Origin: Fidelibacterota bacterium
Lineage (GTDB): Bacteria; Fidelibacterota; UBA2242
Assembly (NCBI GenBank): GCA_018002295.1
Contig: JAGNGI010000002.1
Coordinates: forward strand, 618-64,617
Length of the DNA stretch: 64,000 nucleotides
Reading direction: 5' to 3'
Positions 48,841 to 59,186 of this stretch are shown piece after piece. The translations under genes and the position numbers were made by a program. Within the stretch, counting starts at the first letter, position 1, and each line of letters starts with the position of its first letter. Under the pieces are notes generated by a model, which saw only the letters and a program-made list of their open reading frames with translations, was not told the DNA's origin and did no database searches.

Positions 48841-50559
48841 TTATTGCGTTACTGAAAAATCGAGGTTTACCTCATCAATTTGTGAAGGATCCATAAATTT
48901 TCTTGCATAGTCGAGATATATTTTTTCCTTGACAAAAATTTCAAATAGTTCCGGATCAATGTGGCAATCGCGTGCCATAAAATTCATTATTTTCATCGCT
49001 TCGGATAGAGTTTTGCCTTTTTTATATGGTCGGTCGCGGGCGGTTAACGCCTCGAAAATATCAGCCAGTGCTAAAATTTTGGCTTGCACGGAAAGCCGCT
49101 CATCTTTGATATGATTGGGATAACCGGAGCCGTCTAGTTTTTCATGGTGACCGCCGGCGATTTCCGGCACGCGGCATAGTTTTTTCGGGTAGGGTAATTT
49201 TTCCAGCATTTTGATCGTAACATTGACATGATTATTAATAATTTGGCGTTCGGCATCGTTCAAAGTTCCACGTGGAATACAGAGGTTTTCAATTTCAGCG
49301 GCGGTCAAAATCGGTTGCATTTTGCCATTTATCTCGATTTCGTATTTGCCAAGTTGGCGAATGCGTTCTTGTTTTTCGGGAGCCATATATTCACTACCGA
49401 TATTTGCAATCCGGATGAAAGCGAACTGCTCATCCAGATATTTAACGCTTCGGGCATATTCTGAGAGGAAGTCATCATTATGCTTAGCGGTTTCTTTGTC
49501 AGACGAGTAATATTTTTTAAGCAACTCGATCTTAATATCGCGTTTTAAAATTTCAAAACGAGTTTGAATGGTATTTATCCGATCGTAAATAGTCTCTAAT
49601 TTAGTGGCTTTATCAACCACATATTCAGGAGTGGTAATTTTACCGACGTCGTGCATCCAAGCCGCAATACGCAATTCTTTTAAATTATCCTCATTCATAA
49701 AGAAATCGGCATATTTTCCGTAATTAACATCGTTGACTTTGTGAGCTATAAGCATGGTCAATTGGGCAACACGTTCGATATGACCGCCGGTGTAGGGTGA
49801 TTTTTCGTCAATAGCAGAGGCGATGACCTGGATGAAAGATTCGAATAAATTTTCAAGGTCATGGATTAGGCGGGCATTAGTAATGGCTATCGCGGCTTGT
49901 GAAGCCAGCGAAATTATCAGCTTCTGATCGGTAGATGAGAAGGGGCAAACTTCGCCAGTGCGGCGGTCCTGAGCATTGAGGATTTGCAGAACGCCGATGA
50001 TTTCATCTTCGTAGTTGCGTAAAGGGACAACCAGCATTGACTTGGAGCGGTACCCGGTATTCTTATCAAAGGCGCGTGTCCCAGTAAAGTCAAAACCCTT
50101 AACGTTGTAAACGTCCGGGATATTGATAATTTCTCCGGTTAGTGCAACATACGCCGAAACCATAGCGTGGTTGGGTTTATCATCCGGCAGATATAGAGGA
50201 ACCGGCTTCCAGTTGATCGGATTGCCGGAAGTACCGCCCATCTTGATGTTAAGCGAGCCGGTCTGCACAATCGCGAAATTGAGCCATTTGCGATCATCAC
50301 TCATCAGATAAAGCGTGCCACCGTCGGCATTGGTAAAACGGCGCGCCTCTTCCAGAATCATCTGGAGCAGAACCGGGAGATTATGCTCGGCGGATAGTGC
50401 CGCACCGATTTTGGACAGATTATCAATTTTATCACACAAATCGGCGATAAAATGCTGAACCGCTGGCGAGGCATTGTTAATCTCAGTCGCCAAAGTCTGA
50501 TTATCAGTTAATTTATCGGAGAATTGATAGCCTATGTCAATTCCAGAGGTGTTTTCCAT
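48841..50559 (-). CDS. GAF domain-containing HD-GYP phosphodiesterase
   Basis: N-terminal GAF domain. HD motif (WMHDVGK) and GYP motif (HHEKLDGSGYP). Confidence 0.8.
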   Translation of the reverse strand: MENTSGIDIGYQFSDKLTDNQTLATEINNASPAVQHFIADLCDKIDNLSKIGAALSAEHNLPVLLQMILEEARRFTNADGGTLYLMSDDRKWLNFAIVQTGSLNIKMGGTSGNPINWKPVPLYLPDDKPNHAMVSAYVALTGEIINIPDVYNVKGFDFTGTRAFDKNTGYRSKSMLVVPLRNYEDEIIGVLQILNAQDRRTGEVCPFSSTDQKLIISLASQAAIAITNARLIHDLENLFESFIQVIASAIDEKSPYTGGHIERVAQLTMLIAHKVNDVNYGKYADFFMNEDNLKELRIAAWMHDVGKITTPEYVVDKATKLETIYDRINTIQTRFEILKRDIKIELLKKYYSSDKETAKHNDDFLSEYARSVKYLDEQFAFIRIANIGSEYMAPEKQERIRQLGKYEIEINGKMQPILTAAEIENLCIPRGTLNDAERQIINNHVNVTIKMLEKLPYPKKLCRVPEIAGGHHEKLDGSGYPNHIKDERLSVQAKILALADIFEALTARDRPYKKGKTLSEAMKIMNFMARDCHIDPELFEIFVKEKIYLDYARKFMDPSQIDEVNLDFSVTQ

Positions 50560-50594
50560 TTTATACCCTCATACTCATTGTGTTTTCATAAAGT

Positions 50595-53500
50595 TCAATT
50601 CGACATTGTTGATTTAAAATTTACATTCTGTTTTTCGATAATTAGCCACGAACTCAAAATCAATCCCAGCAGGATTAACAAAATAGCCGCCAGACGACCT
50701 TGAGGTGAACCTGCCCTTAGTAGGCTGAAAATTTGATTAATCATAAAATAACCAACCGCCGCGTAGAGATATGCCGGTGGATTGGCACCGACGAAATACT
50801 TCAGGCAAAAATATAGCCATAGGATCGGCAAAATGAATTGTAGGTAAACCACAAGATAACCGGAAAGTGTCAGGTAATTATCTGGTAGAAAAACAGCAGT
50901 CAGCATAATAAGAGTCATTACTTTCCGGAAGTTCTGGCCTTTTAGGTTTTGTAATATGAACCCGATAAAGGCGATGGTGGCAACCGACAGGAGTGACATG
51001 ATTATTATTCTCTGTAAAGCATCGAAAAATGGGAAGAGCGAATCTTCCAGACCGGATGTAATTTGATGATTGGCGAGAAGCTCAGGCTTTATCATTGAGA
51101 TAATGTAGTTTGATAAGCGATTACAGGCTAAAAGTCCACAAATGATCAAAATGGATGCAATCAGAGCGTCGCGTGTGTATCGCGGCCGATGCGCTTTCTG
51201 TAAAGTTTGAATAGCGTCCGGATATAAAAGCCCAACCGTTGAAAAAATGAGGACGGTCAATAAGCTGACTCCAATCGCTTTCAGCAAAATTGATAAAATC
51301 CACAGAAAATTCCAGTTAGTCAGCGTCCAGCTGGTGTCGTAATTTAGCAAAGCCGCCGAGTAATTTAACCCACTGACGATAATTGCCAATCCGACAAGAT
51401 AGAGCGCCAACCGAATAGCAATCCGCCAACCGCTGAAAACCTTTTTAGGCCTTTTTAATAGGATCTTGATAATTCTATAAAGTATTAGGATAATCAGAGC
51501 AATTTGCACACCGGTCATTATGGATTGAAAAGTTGTTTGGCGCGTTTGAGCCAAAAGCCAATCCTCGGGAATTTTATAATCGGTGGCGAAAGCCGCAATT
51601 TCGTCACCTTTGAGGGTTACCGTAAGTCGTAAACGGGCGTCAGCGACACTCGCTGGGTGTTCATCCCGACTCTCCCAGATAAAACGATAATCGGTGCGGT
51701 TGGGCAAAACATCCGAATTCGATTCAATTAGTGAAAAATTACTCAGGTCGTATTTTTTGAAGGTTAAAAATTCCTCAGCTTTGCGCTGGGCACTAGCTTT
51801 TGACAATCTCGCTCCGGGGTCGGTTTCATCCAAGATATGGCTGAATGCCGCCACCGTATTTTTCATTGGGTGAACGTAAATGCGATATTCCTCTCGTTGG
51901 TTGGGCTGGAAAAAACGCACTTGCCAAGTAATTAGATCGGGTAAATATTGAAGCATTATAAAATTGAGCTGGTTCAAGGAAGAATGCTGGATTACATACT
52001 GACCCATCAATGGATCATAATTATTATCCAGCCCTATAGCAATTCTAAAATTGCTCGGCACAACCTCTTTTGAGGCCAGGAATTCTTGAGCGGTATGCCT
52101 AATTTCATTTTTCGGTATCGGAAAGCGATAAAAATCACCAACTCTGTGACCTGGTATTAGTAGAATTAATAAAAATAGTGCGCTTATTATTAAACCGTTG
52201 CGGATTTTACGCGGAGAGTAGCTCTGGTACTCTTTCACTTCCGAAATTTCGGGGACTTCATTAGTAATGGTTTTTTCTGGCTTGATAATAAACACCACTT
52301 CACCGTTAAGCAAGCCGGACGAATCAGCGAAACTACGATTGCGCCGGTAGCAAACAATGTTATAAATGATAGGTAACACTATCACGCCTGCCGCTAAAAT
52401 AGCGGTTACGATCAGATACGGCTGGCCAGTTTTAACTAAAAATACAGCGGTGTAAATGGCATCAACCGTATAATGCCAAACTAGAACGGTCAAAATTCCA
52501 TATCGCCAAAATAAAACACCCACAAAAATGCCAAAAAGGCTAACCTCGGCTCCTCGAATCCAGAATGGTTGATTGGGATAATTGGCATGCGCAAATCCCC
52601 AAATGAGCGCCGGGATTAGAATCGCCAGCAGCTTAGAGTGAAAAATCTTAGCGAAAAAGGGAATGGCAAAAAGACGGAAGGAAAATTCTTCCGTTACCGC
52701 AGGAATAAATCCGATTAGAAGGACAAAAATCCAAGGGAAATAGGTATTAATAGCATTGGAATAATTCACCTCGGCTGGCGCCCAAGCCCCGAAACGATTG
52801 GCAATGAGATAAAAACCGGTTTGAAAAGCGATGAAAACAACTGCAAGGGTCATTCCCAGAGTAGAATTGATTAAAAATGATTTGGTGCGCAAACCGGTCG
52901 GAGTAAATATCTTATTCATAGAAAGATGTTGGGGATAAGCACGACGATAAAGCGCTTCGCCAGCTCCAGTGATTACTACCACCAGAAGTGCATAAAGCAG
53001 GGCAATTAAAAAAGTCTGAATGAAATAATTTCCATAATAATTCCCGAGTGACTGGTTGGTATCGAAGGCATAAATTGTAATCGGCAATTCGTTGATGTTA
53101 CCAGCAAATTGTAGTATAAAAGTAATCAAGCCAAACCCGAGCGCTGTCTTGAGGTGAACATTTTGCCGGCTAAGTTGAATTATAAAAACAATCAATGCCG
53201 CTATTAGAATCAATCCGAAAAAAACGTCCGCGGCTAAAGCCGTAGTCGAGTTCAGCGAACGCAGGTGTTTATAATTGCTCAACCATTGTTCGGGTAACTT
53301 CCAGTATTCACGATATTTGCCGACCTGACCTCCTAAAATGCCGATCTCAAGCCGGTAAGTCGCATTGGAAATTTCAACCCCCTTCTTTTGGTAAGTAAAA
53401 AAATGATCGACGCGATTGGGTTTGACATCGGTTTTATCCTCTGTGAATTCCCACTCGTCCGGGTTCATTTGCATGGTTGTCATTAGAAAATCCTGGCAAA

Positions 53501-53957
53501 TCCGGCGTGCCGCTTCAACTGAAATGCGCTCTGCCGCCGCTTCTTCCGGCAAAAAATGCTCAAAGTAAGTTATCCTGCCGTTCAATGCGAGATTGACCTT
53601 GATTTCTTCCGGTGAAAGAGGCTTAAACCAGCGATTTGACCAGTGCCAGATGGGGAAGTCCTGACATAGTAGGCGCGTGGCTTCTTCAAAGCCTACTTCC
53701 TTTTCGATAAAAGTCTTTGGCAATTCATCATAATCGAAAATCACAGCATGTCGATAGTCACTCAAATTAATATTTTGGCGTCTAAGGAAATTTTCAGCTA
53801 AATCACGCGACTCAATCCGTGTTATATCAAATTGAAGGTCATAAGCCGGAAAAGCTTTGCGGTAATTGCGGCTGAGATAAATAATTGAAATCAGGAGCAA
53901 TGCCCCACATATCGCCAGCAAATTCCAGTCTTTGTGCGTCAGTTTATTGTCGTTCAT
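50595..53957 (-). CDS. Very large polytopic membrane protein containing a CPBP (CAAX protease / Abi) intramembrane glutamic endopeptidase domain plus two ~200-aa extracytoplasmic domains
   Basis: 1120 aa. CPBP motifs EEFSFRLF (EExxxR) and FAHANY (FxxxH). More than 15 predicted TM helices arranged as [TM-soluble-TMs] x2. Confidence 0.6.
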   Translation of the reverse strand: MNDNKLTHKDWNLLAICGALLLISIIYLSRNYRKAFPAYDLQFDITRIESRDLAENFLRRQNINLSDYRHAVIFDYDELPKTFIEKEVGFEEATRLLCQDFPIWHWSNRWFKPLSPEEIKVNLALNGRITYFEHFLPEEAAAERISVEAARRICQDFLMTTMQMNPDEWEFTEDKTDVKPNRVDHFFTYQKKGVEISNATYRLEIGILGGQVGKYREYWKLPEQWLSNYKHLRSLNSTTALAADVFFGLILIAALIVFIIQLSRQNVHLKTALGFGLITFILQFAGNINELPITIYAFDTNQSLGNYYGNYFIQTFLIALLYALLVVVITGAGEALYRRAYPQHLSMNKIFTPTGLRTKSFLINSTLGMTLAVVFIAFQTGFYLIANRFGAWAPAEVNYSNAINTYFPWIFVLLIGFIPAVTEEFSFRLFAIPFFAKIFHSKLLAILIPALIWGFAHANYPNQPFWIRGAEVSLFGIFVGVLFWRYGILTVLVWHYTVDAIYTAVFLVKTGQPYLIVTAILAAGVIVLPIIYNIVCYRRNRSFADSSGLLNGEVVFIIKPEKTITNEVPEISEVKEYQSYSPRKIRNGLIISALFLLILLIPGHRVGDFYRFPIPKNEIRHTAQEFLASKEVVPSNFRIAIGLDNNYDPLMGQYVIQHSSLNQLNFIMLQYLPDLITWQVRFFQPNQREEYRIYVHPMKNTVAAFSHILDETDPGARLSKASAQRKAEEFLTFKKYDLSNFSLIESNSDVLPNRTDYRFIWESRDEHPASVADARLRLTVTLKGDEIAAFATDYKIPEDWLLAQTRQTTFQSIMTGVQIALIILILYRIIKILLKRPKKVFSGWRIAIRLALYLVGLAIIVSGLNYSAALLNYDTSWTLTNWNFLWILSILLKAIGVSLLTVLIFSTVGLLYPDAIQTLQKAHRPRYTRDALIASILIICGLLACNRLSNYIISMIKPELLANHQITSGLEDSLFPFFDALQRIIIMSLLSVATIAFIGFILQNLKGQNFRKVMTLIMLTAVFLPDNYLTLSGYLVVYLQFILPILWLYFCLKYFVGANPPAYLYAAVGYFMINQIFSLLRAGSPQGRLAAILLILLGLILSSWLIIEKQNVNFKSTMSN

Positions 53958-54003
53958 AGTGTTCTAAAAAACTTGCTTTAAAATAATTCCATTTTATATA
54001 AAA

Positions 54004-54031
54004 CAAAAGACTCCGTTGAAACGGAGTCTTT
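54004..54031. terminator. Rho-independent terminator-like hairpin (serves the minus-strand small gene ending at 54064)
   Basis: AAAAGACTCCG-ttgaaa-CGGAGTCTTTT, a 9-11 bp GC-containing stem flanked by A/T runs on both strands. Confidence 0.6.
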
Positions 54032-54063
54032 TAGTTAATAATGACAGCAGAATTACGGCCTGT

Positions 54064-54291
54064 TTACTTTCTGCCCCGAGCCATTTTGGCGCGTGAGACA
54101 TCGCCATCTTTATCTATAAAATAGAGATAGCCTTCCTGTCTTTTAATGCCGCATTTCTTAATAACTTGAGCTCCGCCGCCTTTATTTCCGCCGCGAGCCA
54201 TCTTGGAACGAGCAATATCGCCGTTCTTATCGAGGTAATACAGATACCCCTTTTCCTTCTTCACACCACATTTCATGACTTTTTCTGCCAT
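54064..54291 (-). CDS. Small basic protein built from two tandem ~33-aa repeats (KCGxKxxxGYLYxxDKxGDxxRxKMARG)
   Basis: MKCGVKKEKGYLYYLDKNGDIARSKMARG and KKCGIKRQEGYLYFIDKDGDVSRAKMARG are joined by a Gly-rich linker. A strong terminator lies immediately downstream. Confidence 0.55.
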   Translation of the reverse strand: MAEKVMKCGVKKEKGYLYYLDKNGDIARSKMARGGNKGGGAQVIKKCGIKRQEGYLYFIDKDGDVSRAKMARGRK

Positions 54292-54426
54292 AGTAATTTC
54301 CTCCTAAAGTTTGTTTACAACATTTATGGGTAAATGTTAAGGGACAAAAAGTAAAATGTCAAGAAAATCTTCCGTCTAAAAGCATTTTTTTCGGCATTTA
54401 ATGTAAAAAAAGTGGAAAAATTGGCT

Positions 54427-55632
54427 TCATTGACTGGTGATTATGACTTTTTCAGTCTCTAAAGCAATCACCAACTCCTCATTAGTCGGGATTGCCAGGA
54501 CATTAATTTTTGATTCTGCACTGCTGATAATACCTTCGACGCCATGAGCAATCTTATTACGTGCCGGATCAAGCAAGATGCCCAGATTTTCAAGGTTAGA
54601 TAGAGATTTTTCTCGCACAAGGGCAGAATTTTCACCTATACCGCCGGTGAAAACGATCAAATCAGCACCATTAAGAACCCCGATATAAGCGGAGATATAC
54701 TTTTTGACGCGGTAACAAAAAATATCCAGCGCCTGGCGAGCGCGTTGATGCCCGGCGGCCGCCGCATTTTCTATTTCACGCATATCACTGGAAAGCCCGG
54801 AAAGTCCTTTCATACCACACTGTTTATTGAAAAAAGTATTAGCCTCTTCTATAGAAAAATTTTCACGATCGATAATAGTCAAGATCAATCCAGGATCTAT
54901 ATCACCACAACGTGTACCCATTACTAAACCTTCCAGCGGAGTAAAGCCCATCGAAGTATCAACCGAAATACCACCTCTGACCGCCGCAATGCTACAACCG
55001 TTGCCCAGGTGGCAGGTGATTATATTTAATTGTTCAATAGGTTTTCCAATGATTTCAGCAGCTCGGTTAGCAACGTAATAATGCGATGTTCCGTGAAATC
55101 CATAGCGTCGCATCCCATATTTTTCATTGTAGCTATAAGGAATGGCGTACAGATAAGCATAGTCTGGCATATTGATATGGAAGGTAGTATCAAAGACTCC
55201 TACATTAGGAGTGTGCGGCAGTTTTTTCAAACTTGCCTCGATACCTTTAATGTTGTGTGGATTATGCAGAGGGGCGAATTCGATACATTCGTACAACTTT
55301 TCACGCACTGCCTCATTAATTAGAACTGACTGCTTAAAACTAGCCCCGGCGTGCACTAAACGATGACCAACTGCTTCAATTTCTTTAAGACTCTGGGCTA
55401 CGCCGTGGGTAGGATCTATTAAAATGTCCATAATAGAATTAATCGCCGTTTGATGATCAACAATGTTATCAGTGATAACGACCTGGTGACCATCCTGGCG
55501 TTTATGAGTAAGACTAGTGCCGCTTATGCCAATTCGGTCAACTAATCCTTTGCAAAGTACGGTTCGAGTGCTGGTATCAATAAATTGATATTTGACAGAC
55601 GAACTACCTGAATTAAGCGTCAATACTTTCAC
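54427..55632 (-). CDS. ackA: Acetate kinase
   Basis: MKVLTLNSGSSSVKYQF N-terminus and overall AckA pattern, 401 aa. Confidence 0.9.
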   Translation of the reverse strand: MKVLTLNSGSSSVKYQFIDTSTRTVLCKGLVDRIGISGTSLTHKRQDGHQVVITDNIVDHQTAINSIMDILIDPTHGVAQSLKEIEAVGHRLVHAGASFKQSVLINEAVREKLYECIEFAPLHNPHNIKGIEASLKKLPHTPNVGVFDTTFHINMPDYAYLYAIPYSYNEKYGMRRYGFHGTSHYYVANRAAEIIGKPIEQLNIITCHLGNGCSIAAVRGGISVDTSMGFTPLEGLVMGTRCGDIDPGLILTIIDRENFSIEEANTFFNKQCGMKGLSGLSSDMREIENAAAAGHQRARQALDIFCYRVKKYISAYIGVLNGADLIVFTGGIGENSALVREKSLSNLENLGILLDPARNKIAHGVEGIISSAESKINVLAIPTNEELVIALETEKVIITSQ

Positions 55633-55979
55633 GTTATATTATTTCCACTATTTTGAGTTAAAAATTGTTGGTAGAATGAGGGTAAAATTTTTACTAGTGC
55701 CACATCAGCTTCACAATTTATGGCAAATATTAGTAAATCTTCGTCTATTTTCAAACTATTTTTAGAGAGTGAGGACTGGTTTATGACCAAAGACACAAGT
55801 GATTAAAAAGTATGATTGTAATAGCCAAAATATTTTAAAAGAGCGCGAAAATTTTTTAAAGGGTTATTATGGGTGAAACCATTTGATATCTGAATAACTT
55901 TTAGCTTGATTTTTTCTCTATTGGCAAATATATTCAAATGGTGATAAAATATTTTATTTAAAATATATGGGAAGGAAAG

Positions 55980-58900
55980 ATGAAATTTAAAATTACGCTC
56001 GTATTTATAATATGTTTAGTGCTGTCAGGAATGATGAATTTCGGTTTAGCCCAGTCCGATCAACCGCTAATTTTTTCTTTTAAACAAAATCATACGGTTC
56101 TTTATAAAATAGCTAAATGCTCAAACTGCGATAATGATGAAAACTTTGATGTAATTGGAATTGCAGGCTTGGTAGATAGCCATGGTCAATTAGTTCCGCG
56201 CTCTACTTATCTGGTTCATCTGGAAGAATCAGAAAATAGCGATTTTACAGTCCAGTGGAGCTATAACTTGCCGCAGGATATTAAAGGTGATTTCACCGAC
56301 ATAGCCGTAATTAATTGGAACAATGTACCAGCTATTATTGCGGTATTAAATATTACCGAAGCCGGCACGGGTCCTGATCCAGGTTGGTTATTACTTTTCG
56401 AATATTCGGATGGATTCAGTAAAGAACCTACAGTTCGGATGGCCACCGATACCGTCTTCCCTATCAGGCCTCGTCCTAGCTATCTCAGTGTCGGCGATCT
56501 CGATCATGATGAGCAGTCCGACTTAATTATCTCATCCTCCAGCCCCAATCGGAGTATTAGTGTAGTTACTCAAGCCGCCGATAGTAGCGCTCATTCTCTT
56601 AAATTAATTAATTATTCCAGTGATCTGCCTGTTTTGCTCGGTCTTAAACCTTTTCGGGCATTGGCGGCTAATGTTGATACTGAACCAGGTGATGAAATCG
56701 TCATTTTCGGGGGACAGCAGAAATTAACAGTTGAGGTTTATCGCTCAGATTTGAAGAATCCATTATCTTCATATACTTTTTCCAATGTGAATCGTAATGA
56801 CATTAATCTCGACCAACTTGCGGCGGGAGATCTGGATGGTGACGGTTTGGCTGAGTTCATTCTACCTTTACGTAGCGGGGGAGCTCAGCTTTTAGTAAAA
56901 GGAGTGCAAACCTACAAATCAGGTCTATTAATACCAAAAAAGAACAAAATAGCGGCTCTTAATTTGGTTGATATTAACGGCAATGGTCTCGATGAAATTT
57001 TATGGGCTGATGCTGCCGGTGCCGATATTTATCGCTATGAATATAATCCAGGAGCGAATTTATTCGATCTTGATACCTATATTTCTTTTCACTACTCAAA
57101 TCCGGTTTTAACTAATGTGCAGTTATTATCCATTGCGCCGGTGGTTTCTTATGGAGGCAAGAATACAGGGGCAATAATTACCCCGTTTCTTCATCGCAGT
57201 TTTAACCAACATGGATTGTGTTATTGGCTTCTGGAAGAGACAAGTCCGCTGATTGATGAGAGCTTAATTGAAACAATTCTGGGATCGGTTGACTCAGTAC
57301 TGGCTCATAAAGAATTTGATCAGAAAAAGGGTGCATCTTCGCTGACTGAAATTGATTTATTAAAGCAACAATTGGGTAGCCTTGTTGGTACAGAAATTGA
57401 ACTTTCTCCCTTACCGGAAGGTAAAGGTAGACCATCAGGTATTTCAGCCGACCGGCAAATTTATCAGCCTGATATTCTATTGCATCCCGGCGAGTTGATG
57501 CGTTATAATTTAAATCTTCCAGATTTAAGCCTCGATGATACTAAAAAATTAAGTGTAAATATCGATGCGCCATCAGGTATGAAATTCGACCTAGCCAATA
57601 AATTGTTCACTTGGGTTCCGGCCGATTCCCAATTAGGGCTTCATAAGGTTACCGCCTTGATTTCATGGGATGAGAAAAAAGATGTGCAGACCTTTACGGT
57701 ATATGTAAACAGTATCCCCAAAATATTAACGAAGATCCCTATCCGTGATATTATCCAGATTGGTGAAACATTCAGTCTGCAAATTGAGGTGGAGGATGCC
57801 AACCAAGACGCGGCCATTTTTTATAAATTGCTTGAGTTTCCCGCCGGAGCCAGTATCAATCAAAAGGGAGAATTATTGTGGAAACCCTCTTTCGATCAAG
57901 CTGATTGGTATGATTTCATAATTGAAATTAGCGACGGTTACGATTCAGAACAAAAATCTTTTGCCTTATTTGTTAATCACCCGGTTAGCATCCAATCTAC
58001 CGCCCCTAAGACAACAACTATTGGGAAAAAATATACCTATCAGCCGGTCATTAGCGATAATAATAAGGGATTCTATTTAACCGGTTATTCGCTTCCACCC
58101 CGGATAGAGAACTGGAGTCAAACTGGTGTCCTCGAAACTCAGATTCTTGACAAAAATATTCGCAATAATATTAGCAAATATATTGAAAATTACAGAAAAT
58201 CTTTTCCATTATTTATCACACCGGCAAAAATGAACGATGTCCCCCAGAGTCTTTTCCAGGATATTTTTATTGATAGCGAAAAGGTTGTGTTCATTTATAA
58301 TCTTCGAACCGCTAAAGGTATGGAAGCAGGGCAAATCATTGAAACGTTTTTCAGTAATTTGAAGATGAGCATTCCAAAATATTCTACTCCGGTTCGTCGT
58401 TATCTTTATATTTTTAATCTTAAAGAACCGATCGCCGGGTTGACGATGACAGGCGAGGGATTAATCACCTGGGTTCCAGCGGCTAATCAATTTGATTATC
58501 AATTAATTTCCTATACGGTGACCGACGGCTTTTTCTCAGCAGAGGAGCAGGCTCAGGTTTACGTAAATTACCCGCCGAAAATTACTTCCAAGCCTGTTAC
58601 TATTGCCTCTGTTAATACTCTCTGGCAGTACGAAGTCAAGGTTACAGACCTAAATACAGATAGTAAATTAACTTATGAATTGCTCAGCGCTCCCGAAGGT
58701 ATGGTAATTTCTCCTCAGGGAATAATTTCCTGGCAGCCAACCGATTTACAAATTAATGCTCATAATTTTACGATCAAGGTCAGTGACGGATTCGCTCAGG
58801 ATGTTCAAAAAGTACACCTATTCGTCAATGTCAAGCCGAAAATCACCTCTGTGCCTAAGCCGGTAGCGCTAACTAATTTAAAATATGAATATAAGCTTGA

Positions 58901-59186
58901 GGCGGAAGACGCTAATAATGATAAGCTGACTTATGTGGCAGTCCGAGTGCCTAAATATGCCAATTTTGATCCGACCACCGGTATGCTTGTCTGGACACCC
59001 CGCAAAGACCAAATAGGGGCTAACGATATCGTGCTGAAAGTCACAGATTCACATCGCGGAAGTACTCTCCATGAATTTCAGGTCCATGTCTTTGCTAATC
59101 CGGCGCGACGACATTCTTTTCTACGACGGACGATATCGCTCTTGACTATTGCCGGTGTGATTTACTTAGTCGTAATTTATCTATAA
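55980..59186 (+). CDS. Cell-surface adhesin-like protein: FG-GAP/VCBS-like repeats + five putative-Ig (He_PIG-like) repeats + C-terminal TM anchor
   Basis: Signal peptide. DLDGDGLAEF and DINGNGLDEI Ca-binding FG-GAP-like motifs. Five repeats of a ...W.P..DQ.G...F...VSDG......F.V.VN pattern. A hydrophobic C-terminal tail (LLTIAGVIYLVVIYL) follows. Confidence 0.6.
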   Translation: MKFKITLVFIICLVLSGMMNFGLAQSDQPLIFSFKQNHTVLYKIAKCSNCDNDENFDVIGIAGLVDSHGQLVPRSTYLVHLEESENSDFTVQWSYNLPQDIKGDFTDIAVINWNNVPAIIAVLNITEAGTGPDPGWLLLFEYSDGFSKEPTVRMATDTVFPIRPRPSYLSVGDLDHDEQSDLIISSSSPNRSISVVTQAADSSAHSLKLINYSSDLPVLLGLKPFRALAANVDTEPGDEIVIFGGQQKLTVEVYRSDLKNPLSSYTFSNVNRNDINLDQLAAGDLDGDGLAEFILPLRSGGAQLLVKGVQTYKSGLLIPKKNKIAALNLVDINGNGLDEILWADAAGADIYRYEYNPGANLFDLDTYISFHYSNPVLTNVQLLSIAPVVSYGGKNTGAIITPFLHRSFNQHGLCYWLLEETSPLIDESLIETILGSVDSVLAHKEFDQKKGASSLTEIDLLKQQLGSLVGTEIELSPLPEGKGRPSGISADRQIYQPDILLHPGELMRYNLNLPDLSLDDTKKLSVNIDAPSGMKFDLANKLFTWVPADSQLGLHKVTALISWDEKKDVQTFTVYVNSIPKILTKIPIRDIIQIGETFSLQIEVEDANQDAAIFYKLLEFPAGASINQKGELLWKPSFDQADWYDFIIEISDGYDSEQKSFALFVNHPVSIQSTAPKTTTIGKKYTYQPVISDNNKGFYLTGYSLPPRIENWSQTGVLETQILDKNIRNNISKYIENYRKSFPLFITPAKMNDVPQSLFQDIFIDSEKVVFIYNLRTAKGMEAGQIIETFFSNLKMSIPKYSTPVRRYLYIFNLKEPIAGLTMTGEGLITWVPAANQFDYQLISYTVTDGFFSAEEQAQVYVNYPPKITSKPVTIASVNTLWQYEVKVTDLNTDSKLTYELLSAPEGMVISPQGIISWQPTDLQINAHNFTIKVSDGFAQDVQKVHLFVNVKPKITSVPKPVALTNLKYEYKLEAEDANNDKLTYVAVRVPKYANFDPTTGMLVWTPRKDQIGANDIVLKVTDSHRGSTLHEFQVHVFANPARRHSFLRRTISLLTIAGVIYLVVIYL

